From: Chloroflexota bacterium
Lineage (GTDB): Bacteria > Chloroflexota > Dehalococcoidia > Lucifugimonadales > Lucifugimonadaceae
DNA: 56,346 nt
Direction of reading: 5' to 3'
Assembly: GCA_002699165.1 (NCBI GenBank)
Contig: PABO01000008.1
Span: 12,044 to 68,389 of the forward strand
This document shows positions 27,870-35,643 of this stretch, piece by piece. The notes under the pieces were generated by a model. The model did not search any database, was not told the origin of the DNA, and was given only the letters and a program-made list of their open reading frames with translations. The first letter of the stretch is position 1; every line of letters begins with the position of its first letter. The position numbers and the translations under genes were made by a program.

Positions 27870-28623
27870 TTTTTTTTCTTATATTTTTAAAATACTTAAT
27901 GCCAAAAAATAGAATTATTATATTTACCATAATAATAATAACTATCAAATTTATTATTTGAAAATTTAAAGAAGTTGAGATTTTCTTTAGAAAACTTGAA
28001 GGAATATTTTCCATTTCTAGGTTTAAGTACTCACCATTTGAATATTCAATTCCGGTATATTCATTAAATCTCTTTGAAGAAATTTCAATATTTTTATCAA
28101 AATAAAGTTTTTCTCCTTTTATGATTCCTGATTCTTCTGGAATTATAATTTTAAAAGATTCTGCACCATGAGGAAAATGTAGCGGGAAATTAAACTTAGA
28201 GGAATTATAGTTTACATAATAGCTGAATATTAAATTAAAGCCTCCAGAAGGGATATCTGAAGTTAGAGCAAAACCATTAGGCATCTCTATAAGATTCCCA
28301 CTTGGTAAATCTGTTTCAACATAAAGATCATAAAAACCTTCAGGTAGACTAAATCTTATAAAATTCATACCAGTTTTAGCAACATCAGAAAAATTAGGAA
28401 CAAAAGGACTTTCACTTTTATTTAAAATTTTTACAGCAGTAATGATTGATAATGATTGATCATTTTGATCTACAGACAAGATCGACATATTATATTCGTT
28501 TATTAATATATCCTCTATTTTGCCTTCAGACTCGGCTTTTAATATACTCCCGTTGATAAAAAAAGATATCAGTAGAATATAAAATAATTTATTTGATATT
28601 GCTTTTATTAATTTATTTTTCAT
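27862..28623 (-). CDS. hypothetical exported protein with C-terminal TM anchor
   Basis: Signal-like N-terminus (LFYILLISFFINGSILKA), C-terminal helix (IINLIVIIIMVNIIILFFGI) followed by a basic tail. No family recognised. Embedded between ccmF and tlpA with overlaps. Confidence 0.45.
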   Translation of the reverse strand: MKNKLIKAISNKLFYILLISFFINGSILKAESEGKIEDILINEYNMSILSVDQNDQSLSIITAVKILNKSESPFVPNFSDVAKTGMNFIRFSLPEGFYDLYVETDLPSGNLIEMPNGFALTSDIPSGGFNLIFSYYVNYNSSKFNFPLHFPHGAESFKIIIPEESGIIKGEKLYFDKNIEISSKRFNEYTGIEYSNGEYLNLEMENIPSSFLKKISTSLNFQIINLIVIIIMVNIIILFFGIKYFKNIRKKNA

Positions 28624-28706
28624 TTTTTATCTATAAATGGCTTAAGTATTAATATTGTTGAAAATATAGTTATTATTAAGAATATTATTGATAATACAAT
28701 TTCCAT
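28620..28706 (-). CDS. 28-aa single-TM micro-ORF (MEIVLSIIFLIITIFSTILILKPFIDKK), absent from the ORF track
   Basis: Hand translation of the minus strand. ATG lies 2 nt after the ccmF TAA and is preceded by AGGAAAG. Its TGA overlaps the ATG of the next gene (ATGA), which has no SD of its own. Confidence 0.45.
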   Translation of the reverse strand: MEIVLSIIFLIITIFSTILILKPFIDKK

Positions 28707-28708
28707 AA

Positions 28709-30655
28709 TTATTCTTTCCTTAATTTAGATGGCCAAAGAGTTACAACTGTCCCTATTAATAGTATAGGGCCTGAAGCCCATATCCACCAAGCTAAGGGGT
28801 TTACTGCAATTCTTACTGTCATACGATTTTCATCAATAAAATCCTTTGGGATTATATATAAGTCTTCTATTGGATTTGTTAGGATACCAGACCTAACACT
28901 TATTTGGTTATAATTTGGGTAATATGAATGCATTGCTTCTATTTTTCCAATAAATTTTTTCTCATTGTTATATATTGAGAAATTTGCCTTTGTAACTGAG
29001 TTACCGTTATTTATTTCTTGATCGATACTTTCAAAATAAATATTGTAATTTTTGAAAGTAACTTCTTCTGAGATACTAATATTAGTATCTATTCTTTGAT
29101 CGTAAAATTTTGTACCTACAACACCAAAAGCTAAAGCTAAAATAGCAAGATGAACTATATATCCTCCATTTCTTCCTCTATTAGAAAATATCATCTTAAT
29201 GAAAGCGGAGAATGGATTTATAGAACCATTCATCCTTGATCTAGTACCACCAATCCACTCCCTAATAATGATTGTAAGAACAAAGAAAATTGAACATATA
29301 GAAACTACAGCGAAAAATTTATTTATGCCAATTAATAATAAATAAATTAAGAAGAATATACTCAATATTATTGAGGGTAAAATTCTTGCAATAGTTGATT
29401 TAATTGTAGTTTTTCTCCAAGATAAAATTGGACCTATGCCCATTAGTAAAATTATTGCTAATAAAATAGGACCTGCGGTTTTATTGAAATAAGGAGCTGA
29501 AACACTAATTTCTGTTCCCGTGAAAATTATAGAAACAACAGGAAATAAAACTCCCCATAAAATAATTAAGGATGTTAAGACCAGTAAAACATTATTTAGT
29601 AAAAAAGCAGTTTCTCTAGATAAGTAAGATTCAATTTTATTTTTGCTTTCTCTAATATTTTTATATTTATATATTATTGTAAATAGACTATAAGACGTCA
29701 TTACTATCATAAATCCTAAAAATAAAAATCCTAATGAAGATGCAGCAAAGGAATGAACAGAAACAACTGGGCCTCCTCTGTTAATAAATGTTCCTAATAA
29801 AGCAAGAATAAATGTCAAAGAAACAAGAATTATATTCCATAATCTAAACATGCCTCTTCTTTCTTCAACCATGATTGAATGGATCAATGCTGTTAATACT
29901 AGCCATGGCATTAATCCTACATTTTCTATTGGATCCCAACTCCAATATCCACCCCAGCCTAAAATTGTATAAGCCCACCAAGCACCTATTAGTAGACCTG
30001 CTCCCAGAAGGGCCCAAGAAATCAAACTCCATATTCTTAGTAATTTGAACCAATTATTTCCTTTTTTATAATCAAATAATGCACCTTGAGAAATAACAAA
30101 AGGGATAGAAATTGATGCTAAACCTGACATTAGTAATGGAGGGTGAATATACATTCCAGGGTGTCTTAGCAAGGGATTAATTCCTTTACCATCGGAATGA
30201 ATTTGATTAGTAACCTCAAAGGGGTTTGCAAAAAAAAGTAAAACAAAAATATAAAAGGAACTTATTAAAGAAAGTATTCCACAAGAATAGGCTAAACTAG
30301 ATTTGATTTTTTCTGAAGAAAAAAATAGCAAGCATCCACTTAGAGTTGCATGAACTAGCAAAATATATAATAAAGAACCTTCATTCCCTGCATAAAAAGC
30401 TACAAAAGTTAAGGCTCTATTCATATCTAAGCTTGAGTTATTAAACACATATATATTAGTGAAATCATTCGATAAAAATAGAGTTATTAATGACACACAA
30501 GAAATAAAGATCATAAGTATTGAAAGATAGTAACTTCTTGATGCACTTCTAATCATTGTTCTGTTTTCTTTATAGAATCCAGATATGAATAATACACTTG
30601 AATATAGGGATAATATAAACCCCAAAATAAGTATGTAGAATCCAAATGTATTCAT
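28709..30655 (-). CDS. ccmF: cytochrome c-type biogenesis heme lyase CcmF
   Basis: WGGYWSWDPIEN (WWD motif), about 15 TM segments, 648 aa. Confidence 0.88.
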   Translation of the reverse strand: MNTFGFYILILGFILSLYSSVLFISGFYKENRTMIRSASRSYYLSILMIFISCVSLITLFLSNDFTNIYVFNNSSLDMNRALTFVAFYAGNEGSLLYILLVHATLSGCLLFFSSEKIKSSLAYSCGILSLISSFYIFVLLFFANPFEVTNQIHSDGKGINPLLRHPGMYIHPPLLMSGLASISIPFVISQGALFDYKKGNNWFKLLRIWSLISWALLGAGLLIGAWWAYTILGWGGYWSWDPIENVGLMPWLVLTALIHSIMVEERRGMFRLWNIILVSLTFILALLGTFINRGGPVVSVHSFAASSLGFLFLGFMIVMTSYSLFTIIYKYKNIRESKNKIESYLSRETAFLLNNVLLVLTSLIILWGVLFPVVSIIFTGTEISVSAPYFNKTAGPILLAIILLMGIGPILSWRKTTIKSTIARILPSIILSIFFLIYLLLIGINKFFAVVSICSIFFVLTIIIREWIGGTRSRMNGSINPFSAFIKMIFSNRGRNGGYIVHLAILALAFGVVGTKFYDQRIDTNISISEEVTFKNYNIYFESIDQEINNGNSVTKANFSIYNNEKKFIGKIEAMHSYYPNYNQISVRSGILTNPIEDLYIIPKDFIDENRMTVRIAVNPLAWWIWASGPILLIGTVVTLWPSKLRKE

Positions 30656-31041
30656 TTTATTTTATCTCTTTTTATATATAAAAATAAAATCACTATAGCT
30701 ATCAGAACAGATATAGCTGGAACTATGTAAGCTATAGAATTAAAGCCATTCATTGAGGGATACGCTAAAACAGAATCTCCATATCTCTTGACGAAATATT
30801 CCTTGATTTCTTCTTCGTTATATCCATCTTCTATTTTTTTCTTAATAGTATCTTTCATATTATTTGCAATCAATGATTGAGATTGGTCTAGTGTTTGACC
30901 ATCACATACAGGACACATTATTTCTTTTTCAAGTTTTATGTATAAATTTTCTTCTAGGTTACTTTGAGAAGCTAGGCAAGCATTAACTAAAAATAAAAAG
31001 AATATAACAAAGCTTATTTTGGATGCTTTATTGTAAATCAT
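30652..31041 (-). CDS. ccmH: cytochrome c-type biogenesis protein CcmH/CycL
   Basis: IMCPVCDGQTLDQSQS (CxxC), RYGDSVLAYP, C-terminal TM helix. Confidence 0.8.
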   Translation of the reverse strand: MIYNKASKISFVIFFLFLVNACLASQSNLEENLYIKLEKEIMCPVCDGQTLDQSQSLIANNMKDTIKKKIEDGYNEEEIKEYFVKRYGDSVLAYPSMNGFNSIAYIVPAISVLIAIVILFLYIKRDKIK

Positions 31042-31546
31042 CCCAGATATAATTTACGATTGCTTTAATTTCATCTTCAGTAAGCATATTATCGTATGCT
31101 GGCATAAGTCCTGCTCCACCTTTTATAAAAACTACAGCATTATCTTTAGATAGTTGAGATGTTAATAAGTTAGCTGGATTTTTATGTTTTTCTCCTGTAA
31201 CTTTGTACCAGTAATTTTCTTCATCAGTTATTTTACTAGCTGCTGGCCCCATTCCATTACCATTGTCTCCATGACAAAAAGCACAATTTACAGTATATAA
31301 ATATTGTGCATCATAATTATCTGAATTGTCAGAATCCATATCTAGATTATTTTCATTCCCTAATTCAGCAAATGTGACACTATCTGGGTGCGCTGGTACC
31401 CTTGGAGGTTCTTGATACTTATTAGCTTGGTTGTAATGCATCTCACTAAATATTTCTACAGGATATGTATTATTTTGCTGTACACATGCTGTAAGCATTA
31501 GAAATAGAAACGAAAAAAGAATTATTATTTTTTTATTTATTTTCAT
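31028..31546 (-). CDS. actE: alternative complex III monoheme cytochrome c subunit ActE (lipoprotein-like)
   Basis: Lipobox-like LMLTAC, single CAFCHG heme motif, MPAY distal Met region. Positioned after actD. Confidence 0.72.
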   Translation of the reverse strand: MKINKKIIILFSFLFLMLTACVQQNNTYPVEIFSEMHYNQANKYQEPPRVPAHPDSVTFAELGNENNLDMDSDNSDNYDAQYLYTVNCAFCHGDNGNGMGPAASKITDEENYWYKVTGEKHKNPANLLTSQLSKDNAVVFIKGGAGLMPAYDNMLTEDEIKAIVNYIWDDLQ

Positions 31547-31575
31547 ATATTTAATTTTACTCTTTTAAGCCTCTT

Positions 31576-32076
31576 TTAAGCTTCTTTTATTTCTTCTGAA
31601 CCAGTTTTAGATAAAATTTCTTTTGCTTTATTTAAGTCTGAATCTTCAACTGATATTACAACTCCAATATAACCTTCAGTAATTCTAGGGTCATAAACAC
31701 CTGGACTTATATTAGGTAACCTTGATTCAAATATAATTCCTATTACACTAAAAATCACCGCCGATAACATAGTCATCTCATACATAATAATTAACATAGC
31801 AAAGATAGAGAGAATTGGTTTACCTCCAGTGATTAGAGGATATGCTAATTGAGTAGCAGTTGTTAGGAATAGAGATAAGCTAAATCCCACTATTGCTCCA
31901 AATGCAGGAAATCTAAATAATCTATGTTGTGGCACATACTCACCAAATGCTCCTTCCGGATATGGAGTTCCAGTTAGAACATCAAATGTACCTTGTTCAA
32001 AACCTCCATCTTTAAATCCATCCATTGCATCTGCAGCATCATTTGGATCTATGTATAAACCTAATAAGCTTTTCAT
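31576..32076 (-). CDS. actD: alternative complex III subunit ActD (DUF3341)
   Basis: 166 aa with a soluble N-terminus then two TM helices. Position between actC and actE. Confidence 0.72.
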   Translation of the reverse strand: MKSLLGLYIDPNDAADAMDGFKDGGFEQGTFDVLTGTPYPEGAFGEYVPQHRLFRFPAFGAIVGFSLSLFLTTATQLAYPLITGGKPILSIFAMLIIMYEMTMLSAVIFSVIGIIFESRLPNISPGVYDPRITEGYIGVVISVEDSDLNKAKEILSKTGSEEIKEA

Positions 32077-32079
32077 TTT

Positions 32080-33471
32080 TTACTCCTCTTCCTCTCTAAA
32101 TATAGTAGGAACTGTTGCGCGACCTATTTTTATATCATCGCTAAAAACTTCACTTTCTTTTTGTTCAAACAATGGAACTAGGGGAAAAACCCTGGAAAAT
32201 ATTAACATTAATAATGTAACCCAGCAAAATGACCAAAAAAGAACATACCATTCAAACCAGCTAGGAGAGTATGCTTCCCAAGTAAACACAAATGGAGTTC
32301 TTCGGGCTAATCCTGGAACAATAATTAAGAATCTTTCAAGCCACATACCTATATTTACCAAAATTGAACTCCAGAACATTAGTGCAATATTTGTTCTTAT
32401 TCTTTTAAAAAGCCACATTGGGACAGGTAATATGTAACCAGTTAACAAGAATGTTAAAAATAGCATATTCCATGGATATTGAAAAATTTGCATTTCCCTT
32501 AATGCAATTTCAGGTGCATCTAATCCATATAAAGCAAATAATAGCTCTAAAAATGTAAACCCTAACCATGCAGTTGCAACTACAGTCAATAATCTTGCAA
32601 GTGCATCAAAGTGCTCTGGTCTGATAAATTCATTCCATCCCCACCCCCATCTCATTAATGCCATCATAGTAACTACTGCAGAAACCCCTGAATGAACAGC
32701 TCCAATAACAAAATAAGGTGCAAAAATTGTTGAGTGCCAACCTTCAACGGCAGTAGTAACAGCAAAGTCCCAAGAAACGATTGAATGAACTGAAACGAAA
32801 ATTGGAAGCATTAAGGCTGACAATAGAATTCCTCCCACTACTTGCATTTTCCATTGTCGTGGATTCCCTCTCCATCCCAGTGCAAGAATAGTATAAAATC
32901 CTTTTCGAAAGCCAGTAGTTCTATCTCTTAAAACTGCCAAATCTGGCAGAAGAGCTACAAACAAGAAAAGGGTAGAACCTGTTAAATAAGTAGAAATAGC
33001 TATAGGATCCATAAATAACGGAGATCTTATATTTGGCCAGATTCCTCTTGAAGCATCATATGGTATTAACCAATAAACTATTCTCCAAGTTCTTCCTGCG
33101 TGTATAAGAGGGAACACTAAAGCTGTGGCTAATGAAAAAATAGTTAATATTTCAGCTGCCCTAGTTACGGGTCTTCTCCATTCAGCTTGAGTTAGCCTAA
33201 GTATAGCTGAAATCATTATTCCAGCATGAGATATCCCAACCCAAAAAACGAATGTGGTGATATAAAGCCCCCAATAGATAGGTCTATTAAGGCCTGTTAC
33301 TCCAAGTCCATACTTAATTTGTATTCCAAATAATATGAATCCAATAATTACAAAAAATGCCAATACTGATACTAAGTAAGGCCACCATCTAGGCGTTTGT
33401 AAAGTTCCATTTAAAAGTACTGAGTTTGTATACTCTTGACTTAATCTATTTTTATTATCTCTTTGTTGCAT
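32080..33471 (-). CDS. actC: alternative complex III quinol-interacting membrane subunit ActC (NrfD/PsrC fold)
   Basis: NRPIYWGLYITTFVFWVGISHAGIMISAILRLTQAEWRRPVTRAAEILTIF is the typical ActC/NrfD N-terminal signature. About 10 TM helices. Confidence 0.85.
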   Translation of the reverse strand: MQQRDNKNRLSQEYTNSVLLNGTLQTPRWWPYLVSVLAFFVIIGFILFGIQIKYGLGVTGLNRPIYWGLYITTFVFWVGISHAGIMISAILRLTQAEWRRPVTRAAEILTIFSLATALVFPLIHAGRTWRIVYWLIPYDASRGIWPNIRSPLFMDPIAISTYLTGSTLFLFVALLPDLAVLRDRTTGFRKGFYTILALGWRGNPRQWKMQVVGGILLSALMLPIFVSVHSIVSWDFAVTTAVEGWHSTIFAPYFVIGAVHSGVSAVVTMMALMRWGWGWNEFIRPEHFDALARLLTVVATAWLGFTFLELLFALYGLDAPEIALREMQIFQYPWNMLFLTFLLTGYILPVPMWLFKRIRTNIALMFWSSILVNIGMWLERFLIIVPGLARRTPFVFTWEAYSPSWFEWYVLFWSFCWVTLLMLIFSRVFPLVPLFEQKESEVFSDDIKIGRATVPTIFREEEE

Positions 33472-33483
33472 AATACTCCTCTA

Positions 33484-34869
33484 TTAATCTGGCTTTGCAA
33501 CCCTAACACCATGAGCTTTTATATATTTTACAGGCTTAGCTAATAAATTAAATTGTTGTATTTCCCATATGCCAATAAAAGGAACTACTCTTGAAATAAT
33601 AATTACAATTAAAAATACTGAGCTAACAGCGCCAACTAAAACTAATATATCCCATATATCTGGATATAAAGTTTTAGGTATGATTTTCAACCATTTATCA
33701 TGAATGAGAGAAGGGTCTACTGACCAAGCAGGTACATATAGTCTTATTCTTTCAAAAAATACCCCTAAAATAGCTAAGATAGCACCATAAAAAGGTCCAT
33801 TTACCGAGTTTCTAACTTTGTTCCATATCAACCACCACCAAGGAAAAACAAAACTAAATAACATTCCTAAAATAAATACATACATCATAGGACCTCTGAT
33901 TAATAAATCTAACCATGCTGTATCTGACATTGATCTTCCATACCAAAAAACAATAAAAGCTGAATAAAAAAAGTATATCCACATTAGACTTGCTGCAAAC
34001 ATGAGTCTACCCAATGCCCAGAATTGGTTTATAGTAATGTAATTTTCATAACCAAAATATTTTCTGACTATCCAAGCAACAATTATTACAGAAGCAATTC
34101 CCCCTTGTATTCCTCCCATTGCATGAGCCATAGGATAGATTGCATCTCTCCAGCCTGGTACCATACTCAAGCTTAGATCTATTGAAATTAATGTATGAAC
34201 AAAGATAAGGGTAAAGAAGTAGAATGTACTCATAATTCCAATTCTCATTCGAAGTGTACTCCATTGAACTGTTGATCCAACAAATCCACTTGCTAAAAAC
34301 TTTGCTATTCTTTGTTTAGTTCCATTCGAATTATCTCTCATTGTTGCGAAATCTGGTAGAGCAGAGGAATAAAGCAAAGCAAGCCCAACTATTGCTAACA
34401 TAACTAAGCTCAGGGTATCCCAAAAATGAGGACTATAGTTTGGGGCTTCAAACCAAATAGATCTTCTCCTAGCTCCATCAACCATAAGTGGTGGTAAAAC
34501 CCAAAGTAATGGGATCATAATAATTACATTGATAATTCCAACTGCTCCAATTATGTGGGCAATTCTTGATATAGGGCGAGCCCAATTTGCTTTTGCTATA
34601 AGTGGGGCAACTGCTACCATTGGAGCACCAGCAGTTGTACTAAGAATAAATGCTAAAATCGCAGCTATATATCCCCATTGAGTTTGATCATCACTTTCTA
34701 AAAACAACTTACCTAAAAGTCCAACTATTCCTAACAAACTTAATAGAGAAAGAACCCAAATACTTTTCTTAATAAATTTCCCTCCTCTGGAGGTACTAGA
34801 AATAAGTTCATTTTTTACAACTTTGGGATCACTAGGAGGCCAATGAAAATGTTCTTCGTTAGTGCTCAT
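33484..34869 (-). CDS. second NrfD-like polytopic membrane subunit (ActF-like), in a non-canonical position before actC
   Basis: 461 aa, about 10 TM, same general architecture as ActC. 11-nt overlap with actB2. Confidence 0.6.
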   Translation of the reverse strand: MSTNEEHFHWPPSDPKVVKNELISSTSRGGKFIKKSIWVLSLLSLLGIVGLLGKLFLESDDQTQWGYIAAILAFILSTTAGAPMVAVAPLIAKANWARPISRIAHIIGAVGIINVIIMIPLLWVLPPLMVDGARRRSIWFEAPNYSPHFWDTLSLVMLAIVGLALLYSSALPDFATMRDNSNGTKQRIAKFLASGFVGSTVQWSTLRMRIGIMSTFYFFTLIFVHTLISIDLSLSMVPGWRDAIYPMAHAMGGIQGGIASVIIVAWIVRKYFGYENYITINQFWALGRLMFAASLMWIYFFYSAFIVFWYGRSMSDTAWLDLLIRGPMMYVFILGMLFSFVFPWWWLIWNKVRNSVNGPFYGAILAILGVFFERIRLYVPAWSVDPSLIHDKWLKIIPKTLYPDIWDILVLVGAVSSVFLIVIIISRVVPFIGIWEIQQFNLLAKPVKYIKAHGVRVAKPD

Positions 34870-35611
34870 TAATCTTTGCTTTCTCTCCTAATTTTTTATC
34901 TTTATATGGATCAACTGTGGCTAAATATACTACATTTGGATTAGTATTTAATTGTGGCATTAGTGAATATTTTCTATCACTTTTTGCTAATATTGAAACT
35001 TTACTTTCTGGGTCATTGAGGTCTCCAAAAGTTATTGCACCAGTAGGACATGCTTCTTGACATGCAGTTTTTATTTCTCCATCTTCTAATTGGTCTCCAG
35101 CATTCCTTGTACCCCTTCTAATCCTTTGGATACACATACTACATTTTTCCATAATTCCTCGGCTTCTGATTGTAACGTCTGGATTGAGATGATTTCTTAT
35201 TTCTTCAGGCCAAGTAGGTTCCCAATAATTGAACATTCTTACAATATATGGGCAACCGTTAGCACAATATCTTGTTCCAACACATCTATTATATATTTGA
35301 ACATTTAATCCTTCATTATTATGATATGAGGCGTATACAGGGCACACTGGTTCACATGGCGCGTTTTCACAATGTTGACACATTATAGGAATAAATCTTG
35401 CTTTGACATTAGGGAATTCTCCCTCCCAATATCTTTCTATTCTAATCCAAGACATAACTCTGCCACGTTCAAATTTATTTTGATCATTTAAGGGAATATT
35501 ATTTTCAACCTGACAAGCTGTAACGCATCCACTGCACCCATTACATTTATCTGTATCTATTACCATCCCCCAGCTTCTATTTTTTTCAGCTACCATAACA
35601 TTCCTCTTCAA
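34859..35611 (-). CDS. actB2: alternative complex III iron-sulfur subunit ActB2 (4-cluster ferredoxin-like)
   Basis: CNGCSGCVTAC, CQHCENAPCEPVC, CVGTRYCANGC, CSMC, CQEACPTGA cluster motifs. Confidence 0.86.
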   Translation of the reverse strand: MKRNVMVAEKNRSWGMVIDTDKCNGCSGCVTACQVENNIPLNDQNKFERGRVMSWIRIERYWEGEFPNVKARFIPIMCQHCENAPCEPVCPVYASYHNNEGLNVQIYNRCVGTRYCANGCPYIVRMFNYWEPTWPEEIRNHLNPDVTIRSRGIMEKCSMCIQRIRRGTRNAGDQLEDGEIKTACQEACPTGAITFGDLNDPESKVSILAKSDRKYSLMPQLNTNPNVVYLATVDPYKDKKLGEKAKINEH

Positions 35612-35643
35612 CTTTAATTAGAATTTTTTTCTTTATTGTCATC

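Noticed and set aside
31561-31590. 11-bp tandem duplication (tcttttaagcc / tcttttaagct / tcttttat) spanning the actD stop codon and the actE SD region.
   Set aside because: Probably a small slippage duplication of the stop/SD junction. It does not change either reading frame and has no evident structure.
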